Of a stretch of 64,000 nucleotides of DNA, positions 1 through 16,165 are shown one piece after another; within the stretch, counting starts at the first letter, position 1; each line of letters begins with the position of its first letter. The stretch lies in the NCBI RefSeq assembly GCF_009914755.1, contig NC_060927.1; one strand, 5' to 3'. Under the pieces are notes generated by a model, which searched no databases, was not told the origin of the DNA, and saw only the letters and a program-made list of their open reading frames with translations. Source of the stretch: the human T2T-CHM13v2.0 reference genome, Homo sapiens. The translations under genes were made by a program, and so were the position numbers.

Positions 1-753
1 TCCTATGTATGATTTCAATCTTTTAAATTTGTTAAATATGGCCTAACATATCATATATTTTGGTGAATGTCCAATGTGCACTTGAAAATTATGTGTATTC
101 TGCACTTGTCAGGTGTTCTACAAATGTCAAATAGGTCAGATTGGTAGTGTTTTTCAAGTCTATATCTTTAGTGATTGTCAATTTCTGAGGAAGGAGTCTT
201 GAAATTTCCAGCTACACTTGCATATTTACCATTCTGTGTTTAGTTTTGTTAGTTTTTGCTTCTTGCATTTTGAAGCTTTGTTATTAGATGTGTGCACATT
301 TAGCACTGTTATATCTTCTTCATCATTTAACCTCCTTATCATTGTGAAACATCTCTCATTACATAATATTCCTTGTCCTGAAGTCTAATTTGTCTGCTAT
401 TAGTATACGTACTCTAGCTTTTTTATGATTAGTATTTGCATGGTATATCATCTTACTTTCATCTTTTTATTTGTAACCTGTGTCTTTAGATTTAATGTGC
501 ACTTTTTATAAATAGCATGCAATTGTCCCTTGCTTTTAATTCAACCTAACAATCTCTGCCTTTTAATTGGAGCATTTAGTCCATTTCCACTTAATATAAT
601 GACTTTGATACGTTTGAGTTGAAGGCTACCATCTTGCTCTTTGTTTTCAATTTGTCCCATCTGTTCTTTGTTCAGTTCTCTATTCCTACAATCTTTTGGA
701 TTGAAAACATTTTTTAGCATTCCGTTAACCTCCTCAATTGGCTGACTAGTTAT

Positions 754-1190
754 TGCTACGGTTTGGATATGGCTTATTTGGCCCCACCAAGTCTCATGTT
801 GAAAGTTCGTGCCCAATGTTAGAGATGGGGCCTGGTGGGGGTGTTTGGGTCATGGAGGCAGATCCCTCATGAATGGCTTGGTGCCATTCTCACGGGAGTG
901 AATGAGTTCTCACTCTTAGTTCTCATGAGAACTGGTTGATGAAAAGAGTCTGACAATGCCTCCTCTTTCTTTCTCTGTCTCCCTTGTTTCAACTCTCACT
1001 ATCTGTGCACAGGCTAGCTCCTCTCCCCCTTCCACCAAGAGTGGATGCAGTCCGAGGCTCTTCCCAGATTCAGATGCCAGTGCCATACTTCTTGTACAGC
1101 CTGAAGAACCATAAGCCAAATAAACCTTTTTTGTTTATAAATTATCCAGCTTCAGATATTCCTTTATAGCAACACAAATGGGCGAAGATA
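754..1190 (+). mobile_element. MST-family (ERVL-MaLR) solo LTR
   Basis: Starts TGCTACGGTTTGGAT; MST-type body (GGCAGATCCCTCATGAATGGCTTGGTGCC), AATAAA at ~1119; 5-bp TSD GTTAT at 749-753 and 1191-1195. Confidence 0.9.
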
Positions 1191-1409
1191 GTTATACTTC
1201 TTTGTTCTGTTTTTTTTTCAATCGTTTCATTAGGGTTTGCAATGTGGATCTTTAACTTATCACAATTTAGCTATGTCATATTATCCATGACATAATATTA
1301 GAATATGTCATAGACAAGAAGCTCATAAAAGTATATTACCATCTCCACCACTGTTTGTGTCATTGTCATATATTTTACTTCTACATGTTATAAAATTATA
1401 TATATATGC

Positions 1410-1608
1410 ATCATTCTCCGATCTCAGTCCCCCAAGTAGCTGGGACTACAGGTGTGTGCCACCACACCTGGCTAATTTTTATATTTTTAGTAGAGATGGG
1501 GTTTCGCCATGCTGCCCAGGTTAGTCTTGAATTCCTGAGCTCAGGTAATCCACCCACCTCAGCCTCCCATAGTGCTGGGATTACAGGTGTGAGCCACTGC
1601 ACCCAGCC
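1410..1608 (-). mobile_element. Partial Alu (S/J type), 3' part of right arm and tail missing
   Basis: Alu sequence AGTAGCTGGGACTACAGG...GTGAGCCACTGCACCCAGCC; abuts a (TA)n run instead of poly-T. Confidence 0.9.
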
Positions 1609-2485
1609 CCAAAATACATTACTAATTTTGCTTTAAACAATCAAATACTTTTAAACGAATTGTAATAATGAATGATTTCTTTTTAGATTTAGCTATATAT
1701 TTACCATTACTGGCATTCTTTGTTCTTTGATTTAGATCCAAATTTCCATGTAGTATATATAATTTTTTTCAGTTTTGACAACTTCCTTTAATATTTTCGT
1801 AGCATCAGTTTACTGGCAATGGATTCTCTCAGCTTTTTAGTCTGAAAATGTCTTTATTTTGTCCCAATTTTTGAAGAATGTCTTCACTGGCTAAAGAATT
1901 CTAGATTGACAAATACATCCCCCAATCTCCCACCAACTACACCATTCCATTATCTTCTTATTTTATGACAGGAAGTTTATGATGGGAAGTTGGTAACAAG
2001 CTTATTACTGTTTTCTGGCATATAATGTATCTTTTACCTCTGGCTGCTTTTAAGATTCTTTCTTTATCACTCTTTTTTCAGCAACTTGATTATGATATAC
2101 TATGGTGTTGTTTTTGTATGTGTGTGCCTGTATTATTTCCTCAGCTTATGATTTGTTGAGCTTATTCAATCTGTATATTTTTAAAATTTCAAACAATTTC
2201 AAATATTACTTCTATAAATTTTCTTCTCTTACTCTCTCTCTGCTTGCCTTCTGGTACTGCAATCACATACATACTAGACTGTGTGATACTGTTTCACAGT
2301 TCAGTCAGACTCTGCTCATTTTGTTTTAGGTTTTTTCTCCCTCTCTGTGCTTTAGTTTGCATAGTTTCTATATTCCTGATTTCAATTTTACTGACATTCT
2401 CCAGTGTTTAACCTGGTGTTATACCCATCCAGTGAATCTTTTATTTCAGATACCGTATTTTTTTTCAGTTCTAGAATGCAAAAAA

Positions 2486-3362
2486 TTTTTTAAAATTATA
2501 GATTAAGGGGTACACATCCAGATTTGTTACATGAATATATTGCTTATGGTGAGGTTTGGGCTTCTAGTGTGCCCATCACCTAAATAGTAAACATTGCAAC
2601 CAATAGGTAATTTTTCAACCATTACCCCGCTTCTAGCCTCCCCCGACTTTTAGACTAGCCAGTGTCTATTGTTTCTCTCCATATGTACATGTGTATCCAT
2701 TGTTTAGCTCCCATTTATGAGTAAGAATGCATGGTATTTGATTTTCTGAGTTATTTTGTTTAGGATAATGGCCTTCAGTTCCATCATGTTGCTGCAAAAT
2801 ATATGATTTCATTCTTTTTTTATGGCTGTGCAGTATTTCATGGTATACATACCACATTTTCTTTACCCAATCATCTGATGATGGACACTTAGGTTGATTC
2901 CATGTCTTTGCTATTGTGAATAGTTCTGTAATAAACATATTAGGGCAGATGTCTTTTTGATATGAGGATTTCTTTTCCTTAGGGTAGACATCCAGTAGTG
3001 GGATTACTGGGCCAAATGGTAGTTCTATTTTCAGTTCTTTGAGAAATGTCCACAGTGTTTTCCATAGAGGTTGTGCTAATTTATATTCCTACCAACAGTG
3101 TATAACCATTCTCATTTCTCCATAACCTCACCAACATCTGTTGTTTTTTGACTTTTTAATAATAGCTATTCTGACTCATGTGTGATGGTATTTCACTGTG
3201 GTTTTAATTTGCATTTCTTTGACGATTATTGATGTGGAGGATTTTTTTCATATTTTTGTTGGCCACTGTTTGTCTTCTTTTGAGAAGTGCCTGTTCACAC
3301 CCATAGCTCACTTTTTAATGGGGTTATTTGTTTTTTTCTTGTTATCTGAGATCTTTGTAGAT
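2486..3362 (-). mobile_element. L1PB/L1MA-type 3' end
   Basis: Minus ORF 2666-2938 MFITELFTIAKTWNQPKCPSSDDWVKKMWY is L1 ORF2 C-terminus; 3'UTR and T-rich tail at left. Confidence 0.85.
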
Positions 3363-4029
3363 TGTGAATTTTATTTTTATAGTTTTTATTTCTCTATTTA
3401 TGTTCCCCCCTTGTTTTCTCATTATGAACATATTTTCTTTAAATCCTTTAATATATTTATAATAATTGTTTTAAAGCCCTTGTCTCCTCATCCTATTATC
3501 TTTGTCATGTCTGGGTCTGTTTCTAGTCCCTGATTTTTTTTTCTGCTAGTTATGGGGTTTCCCCACTTTGTATATCTAGAAATTTTGTTTTTATCCTATG
3601 CTGGACATTGTGACTACTGTGTTGTTGAGTTTCTAGATGTTGTTATCATTCCTAAAAAGAGTTTTTAAATGTTGCTCCAAGAGAAAATTAATTTACTTAC
3701 AATCATCCCCAACATGGCTAGGAAAGTCTGATATTTTCCTCCAGTAGTACTTATAAGACTAGTTTGGTGTTTACCATAGCCCGTTATCAATAATTATTTA
3801 CATGTTTGCCTTTTCTGCCATATTATAATCTCCTCAAGGAGAAAGACCATGTTCCATTCACCTTTGGGTTCATATCATCTGGCACAGACCTTGGCCCACA
3901 GCAGGAACTCGATCAATATTTGCTAATTAAAATAAACTGTAAGTTCAGAGGTTTATGATGATACCATATTTACAAGTTAATAAGCATGGATTCATGTCAA
4001 TAGAAAATAGTAAAGTAATAACAACATCA

Positions 4030-4265
4030 ACTAACAGACTGAGCACTTACTATGAGTATGGCACTGTTTTTAAGTCATAGGCTACTCAATCCTAACAACT
4101 GGTCTATTAAGCAAGTTCTATTATTGCACTGTCTAACTGTTGAGGAAACTAAATCAGAGAGATCAACTGATTTGCTCAAGGGCCTATAGTCAGGAAGTGA
4201 CAGAACCAGAATCTGAACCCATAGAATCTAGCTCCAGAGGTCACATGTTAATCTTAACAGCATTC
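4030..4265 (-). mobile_element. MIR relic
   Basis: MIR core TGAGGAAACTAAATCAGAGA...GTGACAGAACCAGAATCTGAACCCA. Confidence 0.7.
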
Positions 4266-4485
4266 TGCCAATTTAAGTATTTTAAAAATGGGGTGACCCT
4301 AAAACTAAAGCTAGGTAATCATCTGTTTTCCAGAATAAACTTATTTTGAATTAGTTATGCCTACTTAACCATTCAGGACCAGCATAAGAAGGCATAAGAC
4401 AGTTCTCCTTTCTCCAGATTTCTTCAATACCCATATTAGACTGAGTAAGTAGGGAAAGAAAAAAGATATTTAAAAATAATATTCA

Positions 4486-4803
4486 GGCCAGGCACAGTGG
4501 CTCATACCTGTAATCCCAGCACTTTGGGAGGCTGAGGAAGGTGGATCATTTGAGGTCAGGAGTTAGAGACCAGCCTGCCCAACATGGTGAAACCCTGTCT
4601 CTACTAAAAATACAAAAACTAGCCAGGTGTGATGGCAGCCGCCTATAGTCCCAGATACTCAGGAGGCTGAGGCAGGAGAATTGTTTGAACCTGAGAGGCA
4701 GAGGTTGCAGTGAGCCGAGATCATGCCACTATACTCCAGCCTGGGCGACAGAGTGCGTGAGACTCCATTAAAAAAAAAGAAGAAGAAGAAGAAAAAAAGA
4801 AAA
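4486..4803 (+). mobile_element. AluS, full length, tail with (GAA)n
   Basis: GGCCAGGCACAGTGGCTCA start, dimeric structure, A/GAA tail; TSD-like AATAATATTCA on both sides. Confidence 0.95.
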
Positions 4804-5351
4804 AATAATAATATTCACATAAATGAGATGAAAACATTAAAAAACTCTCAATCAAGTACCATCAACATTACAATGAATTCTAGGTTAGAATGACATCATT
4901 AAGACACATTCTCTAATTGTATTTTGTACGTATTTCTAAACGACCTTTTGTCTGAATAAACCTGCCTCCTCCATTCCCTTCTCATTCAATGACACTCAAA
5001 AAATTAAACACTATTAAAAACCTCAAACTTCTACATCATTGGCTCTATGGGAAAAATGATCCATGAGGGGAAGTTTTAAAAACATTATACCAGACTTCCA
5101 GTTTGTAATAAAAGTTATAAAATATTCCATCAGAGCTGTGGTTCAAGATGGAATAGCTCCTAAAGAGTAATTTTATCCATTTAAATGACAAACACTGGGT
5201 ATCTGAATTCTAGAGGTTACTAAAAGACTCTGGCATTGTAATTTATCATATCACTTTGTTATATCTCCAATGAATGATTTATGCTGAATGATATCTCATA
5301 ATTGAACTTCTTATTCAAATGGAATTAAACTTACTGTACATTAATACATAC

Positions 5352-5393
5352 TTTGGTAACGAGACATTGATGTTCATCTGACACCAGCATCAA
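5352..5393 (-). CDS. Weak candidate 42-nt exon (LMLVSDEHQCLVTK)
   Basis: Minus strand cttctttaatgtaatttcaattag|TTG...AAA|gtatgt (alternative donor gtaagt 17 nt further on); phase 0 matches the end of the 16051-16165 exon. Confidence 0.25.
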
Positions 5394-5761
5394 CTAATTG
5401 AAATTACATTAAAGAAGTAAGATTGATTCTAGTGAGTCTCAACTAAGTGGGTACTTCTATTTAATCGGATAGTTTTTAATTTTTAAAATTGTTCTTGCCA
5501 TTGAAAACCCAAGTTAAAAGCATAAATTATTATAACTTAAATATTAAAGTGACTCTTCACAGCTAAAAATAACATGAAATATAAAAATTTTTATTTGAAA
5601 GAAACATTTAAAGGCATTTGGGACAGAAAGTGGCCCATATATAAATATTCATTTTGGTGTGGCTAGAAGAATATTAACTTTATTTGCAGCCTCTGGCTAA
5701 CTAAAGGCTTTAGCTAAAAAACCAAGGCAAAGTGGACCATTCGGCAATTATCCTGTAAATC

Positions 5762-6187
5762 AAGGGTTGCCAATGTACACCTAGAAGGCCCAGGCAGAAA
5801 ACTGAAATGAGTGAAGCAAGAAGGGTCTGAGTCCACCTGCATACCTTATGAGTACACAGAGGATTCAACTTTACAGAAGAGCTTGCAGCTTCTTAGAAGT
5901 GTGCCATTACTACTTAGCTCCCACCAAGTGCTTGTGTGAGATAAGGCAGGTTCAATGTTGAGAAATCTGACCTTTTTCAAGGAAGGTCTGAAATTAGGAA
6001 TTTTACGTGAAATTTCCTGATTTATAAGTGCTAGCTGAAATGCTTTTAGAATGCTGTTTTGAGGTTTGCCAACAAAATATTCTACTAGTTCCTAAGGGGT
6101 AGAAAGAAGTGAAGAGTGCTTTGGCAAAAACAGAGAACTGGGGCCAATACCACATCAACAACAGGAAGGCCACTAGAGATGGCATCT
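5762..6187. mobile_element. Degenerate hAT-Charlie (MER102-like) DNA transposon
   Basis: Remembered similarity (TTTTACGTGAAATTTCCTGATTT core); highly diverged. Confidence 0.4.
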
Positions 6188-9180
6188 TGAATGGGTGAGA
6201 TGCTCTCTGCCACCTTGCTGCTCTCTGGAGAAATTTCCCCTAAAACACAACTCAGCTTTAATTAAATAAGGGCTCTTTGGGAATAGAGTATACTAGCAGT
6301 GGAAAGGAAAGACCCTCTGCTGCCAAGCACCTCTTGGATTGGGAGGAATGAGAGCAAGTTTTCAAACCAAATTTCTTAATATTTGAATACTCCTCGGCAT
6401 TTGTGGAATCACCAAGCACATTTAGAAAGCTTATATAATTTGACCATGATAAACTCATTTTTTTTCTCCCATGTCAGGAGATACATTAAGATTTGTCAAT
6501 TTGTTCAATAAACATTTATTGATCACTTACTATATGCCATGCACTAATAGGGACTGGAGATGATACACTTGTAGTCTACTGGTAAAATAAGATATGCTTG
6601 TAGTCTACTGGGGAAAACAGACAAGTAAATAGATTGTTAAAGTGCAAGGTGGAGAGGTATTATGAGGGTTATGAAATTGTGAATGGCAATGATGAGCTAT
6701 GCCCAAAATATCTACTCTGCAGAGGGAAAACCATAGTGCGCTTCCTGGAAGAAGTAGCATCTATAGATCAGACAGGACTTATAATCCTTATCTAGGACTT
6801 ACTCTATGCCAGGCACTGTTCTAAGAGCTTTATGCTTATTAATTCATGTAAATCCCCACAACAACCTTAATGGTGTGTATACTTCAGGTAACTGCATTTT
6901 ATAGATGAGGAAAATGATACAGGAACTTTGCACAGGCTCACAAAACTAGTAAGTATCAGAATCCAGATTCTACGTTCTTAACCCCTACATACTATTTATA
7001 TGTTATATATGTAATAAAATATAGAGTAATTAGAACATATTATGAGTAATTATGACTTGATGATCTCACTGCATTGGCATATGGGCCTGAGGAGAACACT
7101 ACGGAAACAAATGCCCTATCTGTTTCTTATTGTTTAGACTGCTTCAAATTTTTTCTAGATTTACCCATATTCAGAAGGAAAGTTCTAGATATGCTATGAC
7201 TGTTTTGCTTTTTAAAATTTAGCATAACATGAGCTGAAGTCACCTAGGGTAGTCACTAATATGATTTCTTCATATCACTAATTTTTTAACAGCCATATTT
7301 ATCTTTCTTGCCTATATCTCCTTTTTTTTATATTCTCTATTGAGCCACTTGCCCAGGGGTAGAAACATGAGGAAGACAGATGAATTGAAAAGGATTAGGA
7401 AACTTTGCTCCACAGTACCTATTATAGCTCCTTTCTTTATAGTTTAAATACTAAATTGTTTATGTCATTACACACCCAGCACTGTAAACACGTAACACAC
7501 ATTCATCTGAAAAACTCATTTATCGAATATGAAAGACCTTTCAGTCAAGTTCACTTCCTATCTCATCAAGATACTTGTGTGGTTCACTTATAATGGAAAG
7601 ATGGCATTTTATTTTCAAATACTGGATTTTCATGAATGTGCACTATGTGTGTGGGTTACAGCCACATACATAATACTCAGATTTTGATGAAATATCTAGA
7701 CTTCAGAGTTAGTTAACTGACAAGGGTGACTGAACTCACAAAAGCAAGGTAGTGACAAATTTGATTTATTAACTACACACTGAATAGTGTATTTATCTCA
7801 CATGGGCTTTAACTCTTAGAAACCACCTAACACTGAACTCTGAAGAATCTTACATGAATAAGGAAATCAATACCTAAACATAAAATGATGAATACAATTT
7901 TATTTGTAAGGCATTTCCCTAAATGTCTTAAATGGTTTAACTTCAATAACTGGAGTCACATTTAATGTTCAAGCATTTATGGATATTTAATATTAAATGA
8001 ATTTTTAAAACTTCTACTGCAAACAGAAACCATCCATTTATTCCATAATCAAGCTCATTTTTATTACAGGGCTGCCAATCTCCAAAGTTATATTTAATTC
8101 CCATTCTTTACTTATGTCTACATGAACAGCAAGCCCAGTGGATCTGCCTACTGAAAGAAATGGTCAGTATGCACTCCATGCTGCCACTTTCCATTCTCTT
8201 AGCTCATGGCCCTGTCTCTTTCCTGATATACCAGAACTTCTTATTGAAGTTACTTATGATTGCCACGCTCCCTAAATACTTTCCAATATCAACTGTTCTC
8301 CCTTGTTGGAACCTCCTTGGTTCTCTTCAGCAACACTAGATCACTGGGTTTGTCTGCACACCACACAGCTACCCTTAATGCTGCTTGTTCTCTTCCAGGA
8401 GCACTACTCTCCCCTTCTTCAACTGGTTAATGCCTTCCTGTCTTTCAAGGCCAAGCTCAGGCACCCACTTCTTCAGAGGGCCTTCTCTGACCACTCTCCT
8501 TTTACTCTGTAGTTCATTCTGACTCTTGCTCTCACAGAATGTACCACATTGTATGGAAAAGGTCTGTTTACATACATGTCTTAGCTCATCTGACTTTAAG
8601 TTTCTGATGTTGCTTCACATCCATTCCTCCACTGCTCCCCCGACTGCCCCCACAGTCCTCACTAACCCTAATCTGGATGACTGCAAAAAACTTCCTCACT
8701 TCCAATTTCTACACCCTCCAAATCACTGCAAATATTACTATCAGATTAATCTTCCCAAAGCACAGAACTGACTGTGTGGTCCTTCTCTAGCCCAAAAGCT
8801 TTAATGGCTTCCTTTTCAAATCCACCACAGTAGTTCCCAAAGAGTGGAACATGTACCTTTTGTGAAATGATTTTAGACGGTACATGGGTGTGGCATTAAA
8901 TAACTCTGGATCCCAGAATAAAAATGTCCCTTTGTCAGTTTTCCTTCAGTCCTAACTATGACAGGGAGAATAGCTGAACATGTATCTAATCCTTGATAAA
9001 CTCTTTTTAACAAACAGCAGCCCTCAGGACAGAGCCTTAAACAAGAAACAGTACCCAGTTAGACCTCAAAATATTGTTTTGTTTTCAGTATGTTTATTTT
9101 TATGTTGTATTTTGGGAAAATTACACTGGTTTTCCACTTATAAAAGTGGTATAAAGTTTTCTTTTAAATTAAATTTAAGC

Positions 9181-10218
9181 AGGACTGGCAGCCAAGATGG
9201 CCGAATAGGAACAGCTCCGGTCTACAGCTCCCAGCGTGAGCGACGCAGAAGACGGGTGATTTCTGCATTTCCACCTGAGGTACCGGGTTCATCTCACTAG
9301 GGAGTGTCAGACAGTGGGCGCAGGACAGTGGGTGCAGCGCACTGTGAGCGAGCCGAAGCAGGGCGAGGCATTGCCTCACTCGGGAAGCACAAGGGGTCAG
9401 GGAGTTCCCTTTCCTAGTAAAAGAAAGGGGTGACAAATGGCACCTGGAAAATTGGGTCACTCCCACCCGAATACTGCGCTTTTCCGATGGGGCTTAAAAA
9501 ACGGCGCACCAGGAGATTATATCACACACCTGGCTCGGAGGGTCCTACGCCCACGGAGTCTCACTGAATGCTAGCACAGCAGTCTGAGATCAAACTGCAA
9601 GGTGGAAGCGAGGCTGGGGGAGGGGTGCGCGCCATTGCCCAGGCTTGCTTAGGTAAACAAAGCAGCCAGGAAGCTCGAACTGGGTGGAGACCACCACAAC
9701 TCAAGGAGGCCTGCCTGCCTCTGTAGGCTCCACCTTTGGGGGCAGGGCACAGACAAACAAAAAGACAGCAGTAACCTCTGCAGACTTAAATGTCCCTGTC
9801 TGACAGCTTTGAAGAGAGCAGTGGTTCTCCCAGCACACAGCTGGAGATCTAAGAACGGGCAGACTGCCTCCTCAAGTGGGTCCCTGACCCCTGACCCCTG
9901 AGCAGCCTAACTGGGAGGCACCCCCCAGTAGGGGCAGACTGACACTTCACACGGGCGGGTACTCCTCTGAGACAAAACTTCCAGAGGAACGATCAGACAG
10001 CAGCATTCGCGGTTCATGAAAATCTGCTGTTCTGCAGCCACCGCTGCGGATACCCAGGCAAATAGGGTCTGGAGTGGACCTCTAGCAAACTCCAACGGAC
10101 CTGCAGCTGAGGCTCCTGTCTGTTAGAAGGAAAACTAACAAACAGAAAGGACATCGACACCAAAAACCCATCTGTACATCACCATCATCAAAGACCAAAA
10201 GTAGATAAAACCACAAAG
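9181..10218. promoter_or_regulatory. L1 5'UTR internal sense promoter and antisense promoter (YY1 site CAAGATGGC)
   Basis: CpG-containing 5'UTR with intact CCAAGATGGCCG near 9192; promoter function is established for the family, activity at this locus unknown. Confidence 0.7.
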
Positions 10219-11234
10219 ATGGGGAAAAAACAGAGCACAAAGACTGGAAACTCTAAAAAGCAGAGCACCTCTCCTCCTCCAAAGGAACGCAGTTCCTCTC
10301 CAGCAACGGAACAAAGCTGGACGGAGAATGACTTTGACGAGTTGAGGAAGAAGGCTTCAGATGATCAAACTACTCCGAGCTACAGGAGGAAATTCAAACC
10401 AAAGGCAAAGAAGTTAAAAACTTGGAAAAAAATTTAGACGAATGTATAACTAGAATAACCAATACAGAGAAGTGCTTAAAGGAGCTGATGGAGGTGAAAG
10501 CCAAGGCTTGAGAACTACGTGAAGAATGCAGAAGCCTCAGGAGCCCATGCGATCAACTGGAAGAAAGGGTATCAGTGATGGAAGATGAAATGAATGAAAT
10601 GAAGTGAGTAGGGAAGTTTAGAGAAAAAAGAATAAAAAGAAACAAACAAAGCCTCCAAGAAATATGGGACTATGTGAAAAGACCAAATCTACGTTTGATT
10701 GGTGTACCTGAAAGTGATGGGGAGAATGGAACAAAGTTGGAAAACACTCTGCAGGATATTATCCAGGAGAACTTCCCCAATCTAGCAAGGCAGGCCAACA
10801 TTCAGATTCAGGAAATACAGAGAATGCCACAAAGATACTCCTCAAGAAGAGCAACTCCAAGACACATAATTGTCAGATTCACCAAAGTTGAAATGAAGGA
10901 AAAAATGTTAAGGGCAGCCAGAGAGAAAGGTCGCATTACCTACAAAGGGAAGCCCATCAGACTAACAGCTGGTCTCTCGGCAGAAACTCTACAAGCCAGA
11001 AGAGAGTGGGGGCCAATATTCAACATTCTTAAAGAAAAGAATTTTCAACCCAGAATTTCATATCCAGCCAAACTAAGCTTCATAAGTGAAGGAGAAATAA
11101 AATCCTTTACAGACAAGCAAATGCTGAGACATTTTGTCACCACCAAGCTTGCCCTAAAAGAGCTCCTGAAGGAAGCACTAAACATGGAAAGGAACAACCA
11201 GTACCAGCAACTGCAAAATCATGCCAAATTGTAA
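10219..11234 (+). pseudogene. L1 ORF1p remnant (frameshift ~10347, in-frame stops ~10508 and ~10604)
   Basis: MGKKQSTKTGNSK... and ...KRPNLRLIGVPESDGENGTKLENTLQDII...NHAKL in separate ORF-track fragments. Confidence 0.95.
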
Positions 11235-11297
11235 AGACCATCGAGGCTAGGAAGAAACTGCATCAACTAATGAGCAAAATACCCAGCTAACATCATA

Positions 11298-15121
<3,824 letters not shown>

Positions 15122-15599
15122 ACAATGAGAACACATGGACACAGGAAGGGGAACATCACACTCTGGGGACTGTTGTGGGGTTAGGGGACGGGGAGGGATA
15201 GCTTTAGGAGATATACCTAATGCTAAATGACGAGTTACTGGGTGCAGCACACCAGCATGGCACATGTATACATATGTAACTAACCTGCACATTGTGCACA
15301 CGTACCCTAAAACTTAAAGTATAATAATAACAAAATTAAAAAAAAATAAATTTAAGCCAAAAAAAAAAAAAGAGAGATAGTGTTGATTTAAAGGAAAGTA
15401 TCAAGTGCATACCAGAATGGGTAGTACACAAACAGGGTACTGAGAGTAATATTGAAATGACTGAAGTTTGAGAACGACTTGTCAGAAAAATCAGGCCCTT
15501 CAGAAGTTATACAACGTACTTAAAATGTCTGAACCCATATCAGGCTCTTGTACTGTCAGACCAATGTTTCCTTAGGGCTCTTTTTCAATCTGGCAACAA

Positions 15600-16015
15600 G
15601 ATTAATTGTTCACTGTTCTCCGGAGGTTACCTCTTTCCAGCGTCCACGCTTCTGTCCATGCTGTTGCTTTTGCTGGAATGCCTGGCTTCCTATCTCTCCC
15701 TGTTGAAATCTTAGAGTTCTCCCAAGTCCACTCTAAGTGCTATCTCCTTCAGAAAGCCTTCCCCCATCCCCAGTCAGATGGATTCCTTTCCCTTTCACAT
15801 TACCAATAGCACTTTCTCTCTCCACTGTGCTTTGTAACACAGTTTTGGTGATTTTATAGATGTTCAAATAATTACGTTATTCCACTTAGATGTTAAGCTC
15901 TTTCAAGAGAGGGGAAGGAAGGCCATGAATTTTATTCATTTTTTATACCACCATCGTACTTAACAAAGTACCTCACATATGGAGTCAGCCCATAAGTAAT
16001 ATTTGTTGAATTGAA
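15600..16015. mobile_element. L2 relic
   Basis: L2 3'-type motifs (GCTGGAATGCC...TTCAGAAAGCCTTCCC...ATATTTGTTGAATTGAAT). Confidence 0.6.
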
Positions 16016-16050
16016 TTTAATATTTTAGGCAACATTCATGTGATACTTAC

Positions 16051-16165
16051 AATTTTACGTTTGATCATGAAGAGTGGAATTTTTGCATGAAGAGGGGTGG
16101 AGGATAGTTCCTTATGGACCGTTGATAAATATAATCTTCTTTTGATGTTCCCTAAATCAGTAATT
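16051..16165 (-). CDS. Candidate internal coding exon (115 nt) of an unidentified minus-strand host gene: [38 protein letters not shown]
   Basis: Strong acceptor ctttctgtcttctctcctccatgttttcag|A, consensus donor ATT|gtaagt, open frame of 1+114 nt, non-repeat context, retained CpGs. Confidence 0.7.

Larger units (their letters stand above)
1..3700 (-). mobile_element. Ancient L1M-type LINE-1 (fragmented; hosts MST LTR, Alu fragment and L1PB 3' end)
   Basis: T-rich on + strand; minus ORF 541-816 ends in ...IILSGNGLNAPIKRQRL, matching the L1 ORF2 endonuclease N-terminus (TLNVNGLNAPIKRHRL). Right boundary approximate. Confidence 0.75.

Noticed and set aside
8040-8150. Minus-strand acceptor followed by a ~36-codon open frame
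   Set aside because: No convincing donor and branch-like motif very close to the AG; kept only as a possible cryptic acceptor.
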